From an uncultured Candidatus Saccharibacteria bacterium (lineage in GTDB: Bacteria; Patescibacteriota; CPR2; UBA1875; CAIMLA01): DNA of 64,000 bases. Positions 23,740 through 34,053 of the stretch are shown here, piece after piece. Under the pieces are notes generated by a model. That model had not been told where the DNA came from, did no database searches, and saw nothing but the letters and a program-made list of their open reading frames with translations. The DNA lies in assembly GCA_964641375.1 (NCBI GenBank), contig CAZXMN010000001.1:91464-155463 (forward strand). Direction: 5' to 3'. Position 1 is the first letter of the stretch. Each line of letters starts with the position of its first letter. Both the position numbers and the translations under genes were made by a program.

Positions 23740-23810
23740 ATTTCCCCCATTCTTATCTATAAATTATACTCTCTAGCTTTCGGCTCCGAGAAAATTTTTT
23801 AATTTTGTCG

Positions 23811-23897
23811 TGGTGCCTCGGGCGAGACTCGAACTCGCAATTCATTTCTGAAACTAGTTCCTAAGACTAGCGCGTATACCAATTCCGCCACCGAGGC
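23811..23897 (-). tRNA. tRNA-Leu(TAG)
   Basis: Cloverleaf GCCTCGG...CCGAGGCACCA, anticodon arm ctagt-ctTAGga-actag, long variable arm. Confidence 0.95.
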
Positions 23898-23947
23898 ACG
23901 ATGGGAACCAAACGATTTTAGCACTTTCAACAATTTTTTTCAACGGT

Positions 23948-24216
23948 TCAAATAGAAATTAAGGCCTGCATTTGAGAATACTTGGCTGGACCGATGCCTG
24001 AAACATCCATAATCCCATCAATTGATTTAAAGTTACCATTTTGAGTACGATAGTCCAAAATTTTCTGGGCTGTTGCGGGGCCAACTCCAGGAAGAGTGTC
24101 TAATTCTTCGAGTCCAGCCTTATTGATATTTACCAAAGTTGTTTTACTTTCAGTCGAGGTTCGAGGAGAACTACTCCGACTTGTTCGCGAATTTCAATTT
24201 TTCTCTCCTCAGTCAT
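23948..24216 (-). pseudogene. comEA: ComEA-like DNA-binding protein, disrupted (HhH domain out of frame with N-terminus)
   Basis: VNINKAGLEELDTLPGVGPATAQKILDYR..NGNF is the ComEA HhH domain; upstream ATG at 24216 (MTEERKIEIREQVGVVLL) is in another frame. Confidence 0.7.
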
Positions 24217-24218
24217 TA

Positions 24219-26267
24219 TTACTCCAGTGATAGAACGCTATCAAAATTACTCATTTTTGCGGCCAAAAGCGGAAAATCATTTATCTCGTTTTTGCCCAGG
24301 AACCTCTTTGCAGCTTCTCGACAACGGCTAATTAGTTCCAGATTCATTAGGTTCTTCATCTTGATGTCCGGTAACCCGTGTTGACGACCACCGATGAAAT
24401 CCCCAGGTCCACGAATTTCCAGATCAGCATCAGCCAACTTGAAGCCATCGTCAGTATGAACAAGGGCATTCAAGCGCTTCAAAGCGATTTCACTCTTTGA
24501 ACTAGTAAACAGAAAACAATATGACTGATGTTCACCACGTCCCACACGACCGCGGAATTGATGTAGCTGAGCCAAACCAAAATGTTCTGCGTCCTCAATT
24601 ATCATTATTGTGGCATTTGGTACATCAACGCCAACTTCTATCACAGATGAGGAAACTAGGATCTTAGTTTCGCCAGATACAAACTTGCTCATCGCTAGCT
24701 CTTTCTCCTCAGTTTTCATCTGACCATGAATATAGCCGACTGCGAAATCTGGGAAAACTTTGTGAGCCAGTTTTTCATACTCCGCCATTACCGACTTTCT
24801 TTCGTCTTCTTTTTCCTCAACAAGTGGACAAACCACAAACGCTTGGCGGCCTACTTCAATCTCTTTTTTAATAAAGCCATAACTATCCACGCGTTTCTCC
24901 TCTGGCACAATCCTCGTGATTACCTTCTGTCTCCCTGGCGGCAATTCGTAAATAATAGAAAGATCGAGATCTCCATAAAGAGTCAACGACAGAGTACGTG
25001 GAATTGGCGTTGCCGTCATAGAGAGGAAATGGGGCAATGTCTTCGTCGAAATACTTTCTTTTCTGAGAGCGGCGCGTTGTTCAACACCAAAACGGTGTTG
25101 CTCGTCTACAATTGCGAGAGCTAAGCGCCAGAATTCAACATCTTTTTCAAGAATTGCATGTGTGCCAATAATGACCTTTGCCTCGCCCTCCTTTATCTTT
25201 GTGAGCATTTCTACGCGCTCCTCTTTGGAGGTCGAACCGGTCAGAAGTAAACATTCTATTCCAATTGGACGTAATAAATCAGATAACTTCGCATAATGTT
25301 GTTTGGCCAATATTTCAGTTGGACAAAGTAATGCTACCTGAGAATCATTCGAAGCTACATCGGCCATAGCCATGGCCGCAACAACGGTTTTGCCGCTTCC
25401 AACATCCCCTTGAAGTAGTCTATTCATAGGCTCGCTTTTACCCAAATCCTGAATAATGTCCCAAGCCGCCTTTTTTTGGGCCCCTGTTAATTCGAATGGT
25501 AAACTTTGTATAAATTTTTTGATCAATTCTTCGTTATAAGGAACAGCAATCGCTTGCTCTTTAGCTAAATCTTTTCGTGCATTCAGAACTGCAGTTTGAA
25601 GTAGAAACATTTCATCGAAATCCAAACGTTCCATCGCTTTCCTTAGTTGGAGAGCGTTCTCTGGAAAATGTAATTGCCTGATTGCTGCCGGCAGGTCAAT
25701 CAATCCTTCACTTGTCTTTACTCCTTCCGGCAGGTAATCCTTGATACTATAAATATATTTCATAAGAGACTTTAGTTCGTTCCTAAGCCATTTAGAGGTG
25801 ATACCAGCAGTCTCTGGATAGACCGGAACAATTCTTCCTGTGTGTGTCGTCCCACTTTCTTCGTCTACTACCTTTTCATAAGCAGGATTTTGCATCTGTA
25901 TAGAACCGTAACTGAATTCAATTGCGCCGGCCAGAAATATCTCTTCATCAAGTTGGATATTCTTGGTCAAAAAAGGCTGATTAAACCAAACAACCTTCAG
26001 AAGTCCGGTACTATCAGCAATTATAGCCTGTGTCAAACTCAGTCCATTCTTCGTTCGTCTGTTCTCGATTTGTTTAACAATCCCGCGGACACTGACGGTC
26101 TCTCCCAGTCTGGCTTCACGAATCGGAACTATTTTCGAATAATCATCCCACCGCCTCGGCAAATACCAAAGGAGATCCTCGACAGTTTCAATGCCAAGCT
26201 TGGCAAGTAGTTGTGCGTGGCTCTGTCCAATACCTGCCACTTCAATAATTGGAGTCTTTAGATTCAT
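24219..26267 (-). CDS. recG: ATP-dependent DNA helicase RecG
   Basis: RLLQGDVGSGKT, DEQHRFGV, MTATPIPRTL, QLHQFRGRVGRG. Confidence 0.98.
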   Translation of the reverse strand: MNLKTPIIEVAGIGQSHAQLLAKLGIETVEDLLWYLPRRWDDYSKIVPIREARLGETVSVRGIVKQIENRRTKNGLSLTQAIIADSTGLLKVVWFNQPFLTKNIQLDEEIFLAGAIEFSYGSIQMQNPAYEKVVDEESGTTHTGRIVPVYPETAGITSKWLRNELKSLMKYIYSIKDYLPEGVKTSEGLIDLPAAIRQLHFPENALQLRKAMERLDFDEMFLLQTAVLNARKDLAKEQAIAVPYNEELIKKFIQSLPFELTGAQKKAAWDIIQDLGKSEPMNRLLQGDVGSGKTVVAAMAMADVASNDSQVALLCPTEILAKQHYAKLSDLLRPIGIECLLLTGSTSKEERVEMLTKIKEGEAKVIIGTHAILEKDVEFWRLALAIVDEQHRFGVEQRAALRKESISTKTLPHFLSMTATPIPRTLSLTLYGDLDLSIIYELPPGRQKVITRIVPEEKRVDSYGFIKKEIEVGRQAFVVCPLVEEKEDERKSVMAEYEKLAHKVFPDFAVGYIHGQMKTEEKELAMSKFVSGETKILVSSSVIEVGVDVPNATIMIIEDAEHFGLAQLHQFRGRVGRGEHQSYCFLFTSSKSEIALKRLNALVHTDDGFKLADADLEIRGPGDFIGGRQHGLPDIKMKNLMNLELISRCREAAKRFLGKNEINDFPLLAAKMSNFDSVLSLE

Positions 26268-27451
26268 TATTTATCTAGTTTTATTCTTACGAATTTTCGC
26301 TTGCCTACTTGCAAGATAGAACCGTTTTGGGGTCTGATGACAGCTTCACGATCGCCGATAACAGCCGAATCTACTCGGACACCACCTTGCTCAATCATGC
26401 GGCGTGCTTCATTTTTAGAGACAACCAGTCCGGTAAAATGCATCAGTTCTGCCAATGGCCAGTTTTTATCGATAACTGAAAAATCTTTAATATCATCGGG
26501 TATTTCGTTTTTTACAAAAACTTGTTCAAAATTTTTATACGCTTCATCTGATGCTTTTTCGCCATGATATCTAGTAACTAATGCTTTTGCTAAAGTAATC
26601 TTGGCCTCACGTGGATTCATACCATTCGCAAGATCCTTCTCAATCTTTTTTATATCAGTTAGTGTCATATCAGTAACAATAGTCATATATCTGGTTATCA
26701 GACTGTCTCTAATCGACATTACCTTACCAAACATTTCGTTCGGCTTATCTTCTATATATATACAGTTGTCATAGCTCGTACTCATTTTGCGACCATCTGT
26801 TCCTTCAAGTAGTTCAAAGGTAATGACGTTCTGTTCTTTCTGACCATACTTTTTCTGCATAGTTCGTCCGGCGAGCAGGTTGAAAAGCTGATCATTACCC
26901 CCAACTTCAACATCGGCCTTTATGGCCACCGAATCGTAACCCTGTTGCAAGGGATAAAGTATCTCATGGAGACCAATCGGCTTATCCGCTTCCCATCTCT
27001 GCCAGAAATTATCACGCTTTATAAGTTGATTCACAGTGAAGTTCATGGCTTCATTCAATAGTTCGCCGGCAGTCATCTTGTCCCACCAATCAGAATTATA
27101 ATGAAGTTCAACTTTCTTCATGTCCAGAATAAGACCAAGCTGCTTCTTGTAAGTCTGCATATTATCTTTTATCTCGTCAGGAGTGAGGACTTGCCTTTCA
27201 GCCGTTTTATCCGAAGCATCGCCAGTTCTAGCCGTAAAATCACCAATAATAAGAACAATTTGATGCCCCATCTCTTGAAACTCACGAAGTTTCCAAAGCG
27301 GAATGGCACGACCAATGTGAAGTTTTGGCCCCGTCGGGTCAATCCCCAATTTGATTCGCAGCTTCTTACCGCTTTTTAGCTCTTTCTTGAGGTTATCTTT
27401 GACAATTACATCTGTAACGCCACGAGTCAATAATTCTTCTATCTTATCCAT
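26267..27451 (-). CDS. tyrS: Tyrosyl-tRNA synthetase
   Basis: GIDPTGPKLHIG, GGNDQLFN, KMSTS, C-terminal S4 domain. Confidence 0.97.
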   Translation of the reverse strand: MDKIEELLTRGVTDVIVKDNLKKELKSGKKLRIKLGIDPTGPKLHIGRAIPLWKLREFQEMGHQIVLIIGDFTARTGDASDKTAERQVLTPDEIKDNMQTYKKQLGLILDMKKVELHYNSDWWDKMTAGELLNEAMNFTVNQLIKRDNFWQRWEADKPIGLHEILYPLQQGYDSVAIKADVEVGGNDQLFNLLAGRTMQKKYGQKEQNVITFELLEGTDGRKMSTSYDNCIYIEDKPNEMFGKVMSIRDSLITRYMTIVTDMTLTDIKKIEKDLANGMNPREAKITLAKALVTRYHGEKASDEAYKNFEQVFVKNEIPDDIKDFSVIDKNWPLAELMHFTGLVVSKNEARRMIEQGGVRVDSAVIGDREAVIRPQNGSILQVGKRKFVRIKLDK

Positions 27452-27572
27452 ACCAGCCTTCCTTGACAGTTTAGGTATATTTCAGTATAATTCGTTAGTC
27501 CAAAAGTTGGACATATCATGGTTAATAATATACACTTTTCTTATATAAAATCAAAGAAAAATAGGAGCAGAA

Positions 27573-30224
27573 ATGCCTTTTGGCAGAAAAAGTTCTAGGT
27601 TCTCGGGGCAGAAATATTCTTCCTTCCCCAAAAGCCCGCGCTCATCCCGTAAGCCTGTAAAAAATACATACATTAAGTCATCCAGGCCGGCAAGGTCAGT
27701 AAGATCGACTCGTTCGACATCCGGTTTTAAGCTTAAAAACTTCAAATTTAGTGATATAAACCTAGCGAATATCAAGAAATTTTTTCGTGATCTTTTTACC
27801 ACGAAAGAAGGTTGGAAAAAAATTGGTTATACTGCGCTTGTTGGAATTGGTCTGATTGCAGCTCTTTTTATATGGTACGCCAAGGACCTGCCAAGTCCTG
27901 ACAAGATTAATGCCACTATGAGTGCTCAATCCACGCAGATCTTTGACAGAAACGGTAAGCTTCTCTATGAAATACACGGTGACCAGAATAGAATTCTGGC
28001 CGATTGGAGCGAGATCCCCGACAATGTCAAACACGCAACTGTCGCCATTGAGGACAAAAACTTTTACAGCGAAGGCGGCTTCAGCTTTACCGGTATTGCT
28101 AGAGCTTTTCTTGGTGTTGTTACCGGTGATCACGCTCTTGGTGGCGGCTCAACGATTACACAACAGTATGTGAAACTTACGCTTCTCTCGAATGAATACT
28201 CACTGACCAGAAAAATCAAAGAAATAATCCTAGCAACCGAAATCGATCAAAGGTACAAAAAAGATGACATCCTAAAAATGTATCTTAATGAGATTCCTTA
28301 CGGCTCAAATGCCTATGGTATCAAAGTTGCCGCAAAGACCTTCTTCAATGAAGATTTGAAGGATCTTGACCTTGCTCAGTCAGCGTTGCTGGCTGCTCTA
28401 CCAAATGCACCAACCTATTATTCGCCTTATGGTAGTCATTTAAGCGATCTAATGGATCGTAAAGATAAAATTCTGGACCTAATGGCTGATCAAAAGTATA
28501 TCACCACCGATCAGGCCAAGGCTGCAAAGGCCGAGAAACTCACTTTCTCCAATAATCCTTATGGTGCAATAACCGCGCCTCACTTTGTTGAATACGTTCG
28601 TGAGCAACTAGTGGCCAAGTATGGCGAACAAATGGTCAATGAGGGCGGACTCAAAGTCTATACCACTCTCGACCTGACGAAACAGGAATATGCCGAGCAG
28701 GCAGTCGACAATAATGTTGATAAGAACTTGAAAAGCTATGGCGCTACCAATGCTGGCCTAGTTGCTATCGATCCAAAAACTGGACAAATTTTGGCGATGG
28801 TCGGTAGTCGCGATTACTTCAACACCTCGATTGACGGCAATGTTAATGTCACATTGGCTGACCGACAACCAGGTTCATCTTTCAAGCCATTTGCATATGC
28901 CACCTTATTCAAACAAAATAATTGGGGACCAGGTAGTATAATCTACGACCTGAAGACCGACTTCGGTGGCGGCTATATACCTCAAAACTACAGTGGCAGC
29001 TTCTGGGGCCCGGTCACGATTAGGACTGCTTTGCAAAACTCGTTGAATATCCCTGCAGTCAAGACTCTTTATATGGCCGGCATAGATAATACTCTCGCCA
29101 CGGCTCATGCCATGGGGATTACTACTCTTAATGATCCAAGCCAATATGGACTTTCACTAGTCCTAGGCGCCGGTGAAGTAAAATTACTTGATATGACTAG
29201 CGCTTATGGGGTCTTCGCGAACCAAGGGGTTCAACAGGATAATACCTGGATGCTTCGAGTCGAGGATAGCAACGGTAAAGTTCTCGACGAATACAAGAAT
29301 AAGACTGGGAAACGTGTTCTTGACCAACAAGTCGCTTATCTCATTAGTAATATTCTTTCCGATGATCCTTCTCGCGCACGAACATTTGGTGCCGGCAGTG
29401 CTCTTACCCTTCCCGGTCGTCCCGTGGCTGCCAAGACCGGTACAACAAACAGTTATAAGGATGCCTGGACACTTGGTTATACACCAAGTCTCGTGGCTGG
29501 TGTCTGGTCGGGTAACAATGATGGTACACCAATGACATCGGGTGGTGGTGCTTTTGCAGCCGCTCCTATCTGGCATGACTTTATGGTCAAAGCCCTTGCT
29601 GGAACACCAGTGGAACAATTTACGAAACCAAGTGGCATAAAGACAGTTACCAACACTGTAGCGGGTCAAACCGTTACTGATATCTTCCCTTCTTGGTACC
29701 AGCCAACTGCTGCGGCTGGCGTCGGCCAGACATTGAAGATATATACCCCAGACGGCAAGATAGCTACCGATAAATGTCCAGCTGAGTTAGTTACAACCAA
29801 GACATTCACAACTATTACCGCCGAGATTCCAAGCTCAGATGGCGCATACTCTAGATGGTTCGCGCCGATAGCAGCTTGGGCCGCAGCTAACGGATTTTCC
29901 ACAGATACAAGCCAAATACCGACTCAAACAACTGATCAATGTAGTGGTGCCGATGCTCCATCGATTAGTATTGTTTCGCCGACAGGCACTACTTCCCTCT
30001 CATCGGCTTTCGACGTAGTCCTGGATGTGACCGCCCCAGCAAATGTGTCGAACGTGACTGCTACACTTGGTTCTACGGTTGTAAATGCAACATTAGATTC
30101 AATCAGTGGTAATTATATTGCTAAATTCACTGGAATTGTTAGCGGCAGTTATACATTGACCGCAACAGTAAAAGATCAAAAATACCAGACTGCTACCGGC
30201 ACCCTTACTGTTACGGTTAAGTAA
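27573..30224 (+). CDS. Class A penicillin-binding protein (transglycosylase-transpeptidase)
   Basis: EDKNFY, GGSTITQQY, SSFK (SxxK), SLN (SxN), KTG motifs; one TM helix. Confidence 0.95.
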   Translation: MPFGRKSSRFSGQKYSSFPKSPRSSRKPVKNTYIKSSRPARSVRSTRSTSGFKLKNFKFSDINLANIKKFFRDLFTTKEGWKKIGYTALVGIGLIAALFIWYAKDLPSPDKINATMSAQSTQIFDRNGKLLYEIHGDQNRILADWSEIPDNVKHATVAIEDKNFYSEGGFSFTGIARAFLGVVTGDHALGGGSTITQQYVKLTLLSNEYSLTRKIKEIILATEIDQRYKKDDILKMYLNEIPYGSNAYGIKVAAKTFFNEDLKDLDLAQSALLAALPNAPTYYSPYGSHLSDLMDRKDKILDLMADQKYITTDQAKAAKAEKLTFSNNPYGAITAPHFVEYVREQLVAKYGEQMVNEGGLKVYTTLDLTKQEYAEQAVDNNVDKNLKSYGATNAGLVAIDPKTGQILAMVGSRDYFNTSIDGNVNVTLADRQPGSSFKPFAYATLFKQNNWGPGSIIYDLKTDFGGGYIPQNYSGSFWGPVTIRTALQNSLNIPAVKTLYMAGIDNTLATAHAMGITTLNDPSQYGLSLVLGAGEVKLLDMTSAYGVFANQGVQQDNTWMLRVEDSNGKVLDEYKNKTGKRVLDQQVAYLISNILSDDPSRARTFGAGSALTLPGRPVAAKTGTTNSYKDAWTLGYTPSLVAGVWSGNNDGTPMTSGGGAFAAAPIWHDFMVKALAGTPVEQFTKPSGIKTVTNTVAGQTVTDIFPSWYQPTAAAGVGQTLKIYTPDGKIATDKCPAELVTTKTFTTITAEIPSSDGAYSRWFAPIAAWAAANGFSTDTSQIPTQTTDQCSGADAPSISIVSPTGTTSLSSAFDVVLDVTAPANVSNVTATLGSTVVNATLDSISGNYIAKFTGIVSGSYTLTATVKDQKYQTATGTLTVTVK

Positions 30225-30233
30225 GTTTTAGTC

Positions 30234-31097
30234 CTAACTAAAATTTCCTATTTTGACAACTTCAGGAATGAGCTGAACATTATATTTTTCTTCGACTTTG
30301 CTAGTAACAAACTTCTCGAGACTCACAATGTCATTTGCCGTTGCATTGTCTATATTTCGAATTACGTTCGCATGTAATGGGCTTATTTCAGCTCCACCAA
30401 TCCTATGACCCTTAAGTCCTAAACGATCAATCAGTTCACCAGCAGTTTCATCGCCCTGAGGATTTCTGAAATAGCTGCCGCAAGTTCGTCCGAGATAGCT
30501 TTGAACTCTTCTCTTGCGATCATCCAAAATAAGTTTCGTGAGCTCATCTTTGTTCCCCACCGTAAGCTCAAATTCAGCAGAAAGAATTACGATCCCATCT
30601 TTGCTTTTTATCTTTGAAGTTCTATAGCCGAAATCAAGATCAGCATTTGAAAAAGTTCTCTCTTCCCCATCATCCCAAACTCGAACAGATTTCAGAGTCT
30701 TGGCAATATCCCACCCGAGAGCCCCGGCATTTCCAGCAATTGCTCCACCGATAGATCCTGGGATTCCCGCTCCAAAATGCAGTCCAGCGAGCCCTAGCTC
30801 TATAGTTTCAGTTGCAAGTTTACCGAAGTTATATCCCGAATCGACTGTGACTTTCGCCCCTTCAATTTTGTATTCACTCGCACGATTAATAATTACAAGT
30901 CCACGGAAACCTTCGTCAGAAATCAATATATTGCTACCACCACCAATAATAACAAAAGGTATATTTTTATCATGTGCCCATTTTAGACCTGCGACTAAAT
31001 CGGTGAGTTTACTCACAGTTGTCAAAAAATCCGCGTTGCCGCCAACGCTCAGAGTAGAGTATTTTGCCATATTTACTTGTTCCTGCATTTCAATCAT
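30234..31097 (-). CDS. murB: UDP-N-acetylmuramate dehydrogenase
   Basis: IGGGSNILISD, GIPGSIGGAIAGNAGA, FGYRTS, CGSYFRNP. Confidence 0.95.
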   Translation of the reverse strand: MIEMQEQVNMAKYSTLSVGGNADFLTTVSKLTDLVAGLKWAHDKNIPFVIIGGGSNILISDEGFRGLVIINRASEYKIEGAKVTVDSGYNFGKLATETIELGLAGLHFGAGIPGSIGGAIAGNAGALGWDIAKTLKSVRVWDDGEERTFSNADLDFGYRTSKIKSKDGIVILSAEFELTVGNKDELTKLILDDRKRRVQSYLGRTCGSYFRNPQGDETAGELIDRLGLKGHRIGGAEISPLHANVIRNIDNATANDIVSLEKFVTSKVEEKYNVQLIPEVVKIGNFS

Positions 31098-32025
31098 TGT
31101 GAGTCCTTGAGAAAAACATTTTACCAGCGCTCGTTTGAAGTGCTCTGCTAATCTTCACTTTCACTTCTTTGCCGAGATATTTGCTTCCATTTTCAACTAC
31201 AATCATTGTCCCGTCTTCTAGATAGCCAACACCCTGAGTTTTGTCTTTCCCAACATGTACAATCTTAATTGTTAATTCTTCACCGGGAAGATGATCGGGT
31301 CGGAGGCCTGCAGCTAAATCATTAATATTTAGTACCCTAACCCCTTCAGTACTGGCAACTTTATTCAAATTAAAATCTGTCGTTAGAAGGTCTGCATTTC
31401 GTTTCTTTGATAAACGAACAAGCTTATGATCTACGGCAGGAATATCAGGGAAATCATCGCTGACCACTACTAAATCTCCGTGTTTAATTTTTTTGAGTTC
31501 TTCAACGGCAGTAAGTCCCCTTCTGCCTTTATCGCGTCTATCACCGTCTTTCGAGTCAGCAATCCCCTGTAGCTCTGCAAGAACGAACCTTGGCACGATT
31601 AACTTCTGGGGTAAAAAACCACTTCTTGCAATAGCTACAATTCTCTTATCAATAAGCACAGATGTGTCTATGACACTTTCCGTTTTTATCTCATCATGTC
31701 GTTCAAAGAGATGAAGTGGCGGTATACGTAAGATTTTTTTCATATAATCAAACCACTTATCGAGTTGGGGTTGCAAGTTATTCAGAAGCAGGATCGCGAA
31801 AAGTACCGATATAAAACTACTGACTATCGGCAGGATTTCTCCATACAGACCTGGGAGTTTCGAAAGCGGTGCAGACAGTAACGCTCCGATGATGAGGCCG
31901 ATGATAACGGCAACCAGGTAGAGGAGGATTCGTCTCACTGAAAGCTTGGAAAAATTTTCGATTAGTCCAAGTACGATGATAAGCAGTGCGACGGAGATAA
32001 AGACAAAAGATATAATCGTATTCAT
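31090..32025 (-). CDS. Membrane PIN/TRAM domain protein (YacL family)
   Basis: N-terminal TMs, IDTSVLIDKRI PIN motif, QGVGYLEDGTMIVVE TRAM. Confidence 0.92.
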   Translation of the reverse strand: MNTIISFVFISVALLIIVLGLIENFSKLSVRRILLYLVAVIIGLIIGALLSAPLSKLPGLYGEILPIVSSFISVLFAILLLNNLQPQLDKWFDYMKKILRIPPLHLFERHDEIKTESVIDTSVLIDKRIVAIARSGFLPQKLIVPRFVLAELQGIADSKDGDRRDKGRRGLTAVEELKKIKHGDLVVVSDDFPDIPAVDHKLVRLSKKRNADLLTTDFNLNKVASTEGVRVLNINDLAAGLRPDHLPGEELTIKIVHVGKDKTQGVGYLEDGTMIVVENGSKYLGKEVKVKISRALQTSAGKMFFSRTHND

Positions 32026-32060
32026 TTGTATATCTATTATCCTACATGGGTCAAGATATG

Positions 32061-32083
32061 AAAAGAGGCCTTTTCGGCCTCTT
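32061..32083 (-). terminator. Intrinsic terminator after nusA
   Basis: aaaagaggcc-ttttc-ggcctctt. Confidence 0.75.
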
Positions 32084-32088
32084 ACTGA

Positions 32089-33441
32089 TTATTCTGTTTT
32101 CTTGTCTTCTGATTCATCTTCGAGAATCGCTGCAACTTCATCAATCCCGGTGTTTTCTTTTGGGGCTTCTGTTTCTTCTGCGGGTTGTGTAGATTCTGCT
32201 GGTGCTTCAGGCTCAACCTCCGCTGCGGGTTCGGTTTCAGTGACTTCCTCAGGAGTTTCGACTTCCTCTTTCTTGGTTGTCTCTGTCGTCTCTGAAGTCT
32301 CAACCTCAGGTATTGCCTCTTCTGCATTTGTCTCTAGAGCCTTCAAAATCTCTTCTTCTAGGTCACGTTTATCTTCGACGGGGCGCAAAACCTTCGCGGC
32401 CGCTTCCACGCCAGACTCATCGCCGCCTTTGATGTCAACATTCCAACCCGTTAACTTGGCAGCCAGACGAACATTTTGTCCTGAACGTCCAATAGCGAGC
32501 GAGAGCTGATCCTCAGGAACTTCAACTTCAGCTTTTTTATCATCTTCGTTAAGAGTAATATTACTTACTTTGGCTGGTGAAAGAGCATTTGAGATAAAGG
32601 TCTTTTGATCTTCGTCCCAAAGGATGATGTCAATCTTTTCTTCACCAATTTCATTCATCACGGCTTGGACACGGACACCACGCTGACCGACACATGAACC
32701 AACAGGATCAACACCCTCTTGGTTACTGGCAACAGCCATTTTGGTACGCTGACCAGCCTCACGAGCGATAGCCTTGATCTCTACGATTCCAGCCAGGATT
32801 TCTGGCACTTCAAGTTCGAAAAGACGCTTCACGAGACCTGGATGTGAGCGCGAGACCACAATTTGTGGACCTTTATTTGTCTGTTCTACGCGAACCACGA
32901 AGAATTTCAGTCTCTGTCCAACATAGTATCGTTCACCTTGAATCTGTTCATTTGGGAAAAGAACTCCAGACGCTTTGCCCAGATCGATAATGACATTGTT
33001 GCCTTCAACACGTTGGACCGAACCATTGATGACTTCACCTTCTTTATCCTTATATTCACCAAAGACCATGTCGCGTTCAGCTTCACGAATTCTCTGTATA
33101 ATAACCTGCTTCGCAGTCTGTGCCGCTATGCGACCAAAGTCATTCGGTAAATCTTTAATTTCAATAATGTCACCAACTTTAGCACCCTTTTTCAGTTTAC
33201 TAGCATTCACGACGCTCATTTGAGTCATGTCGTTCTCGACATCATCGACAACCTCTTTTTGTATATAAACAACAATCTCGCCACTTTCGGGATCAATTTC
33301 GACACGAACTTCCTGGTCTTTACTGCCGTAGTCCTTCTTGTATGCTGCAGCCAATGCGGCTTCGATTGTCTCGAGAACTACCTCTTTTGAGATGTTCTTT
33401 TCTTCGCAGATTTGCGTGATTGCATCTGTAAAACTGTTCAT
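32089..33441 (-). CDS. nusA: Transcription factor NusA with acidic C-terminal tail
   Basis: FGRIAAQTAKQVI, S1/KH domains, SLAIGRSGQNVRLA. Confidence 0.98.
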   Translation of the reverse strand: MNSFTDAITQICEEKNISKEVVLETIEAALAAAYKKDYGSKDQEVRVEIDPESGEIVVYIQKEVVDDVENDMTQMSVVNASKLKKGAKVGDIIEIKDLPNDFGRIAAQTAKQVIIQRIREAERDMVFGEYKDKEGEVINGSVQRVEGNNVIIDLGKASGVLFPNEQIQGERYYVGQRLKFFVVRVEQTNKGPQIVVSRSHPGLVKRLFELEVPEILAGIVEIKAIAREAGQRTKMAVASNQEGVDPVGSCVGQRGVRVQAVMNEIGEEKIDIILWDEDQKTFISNALSPAKVSNITLNEDDKKAEVEVPEDQLSLAIGRSGQNVRLAAKLTGWNVDIKGGDESGVEAAAKVLRPVEDKRDLEEEILKALETNAEEAIPEVETSETTETTKKEEVETPEEVTETEPAAEVEPEAPAESTQPAEETEAPKENTGIDEVAAILEDESEDKKTE

Positions 33442-33545
33442 TTTCTCTCCTTTTAATAAAAATGTCGCATTTCTGGCGAAATCCGACGGTTACTGTGAGT
33501 AAGAATATTATAACCCATAAAATGTGAATCTGTCAAATTCAATTA

Positions 33546-34052
33546 TTACTTTGTATCTTCAACATATCCCATAGACAGGTCATTAAATTCCTTTGCGGTA
33601 AGCTCGACTATACCGTCTTCGTAGGTTTCATAGATAAAACTCTTTATACCAGATTCGAGTATCAGCTTGCTACAAATCGTACAAGACGGTCCGTCGTCAC
33701 AGGGTAAGTACTGCCCGTTTTTGTCTGAACGCGAAAAGTACATTTTGGATTTTGATAAGTCTCTATGCCCAGACTTAAACGCATTTATAATCGCTCTTTG
33801 TTCAGCATGAACTGAATAGCATGGTTCTGTATTAAATGTAGAGAAAAGCTTTGGTTTTTTCTTATCGCGCAAACACACTTTACAATCATGCTCGTCTGCT
33901 GGTGCATTCCATCCTTGACCGATTATTTTACTTTCCTCAACAATGACTACTCCTCGGGGTCTTTTGAGACAACGCGAGTCTTGGCTAGCTGAAGCGGCCT
34001 CTCTTAAATAAACCGCGGCTTTGTCTTTTTCCAAATCTTTTAAAATCTTCAT
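33546..34052 (-). CDS. dCMP deaminase/ComEB-like zinc deaminase
   Basis: SRCLKRPRG, GWN, HAE and CTIC Zn-binding motifs. Confidence 0.8.
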   Translation of the reverse strand: MKILKDLEKDKAAVYLREAASASQDSRCLKRPRGVVIVEESKIIGQGWNAPADEHDCKVCLRDKKKPKLFSTFNTEPCYSVHAEQRAIINAFKSGHRDLSKSKMYFSRSDKNGQYLPCDDGPSCTICSKLILESGIKSFIYETYEDGIVELTAKEFNDLSMGYVEDTK

Positions 34053-34053
34053 A

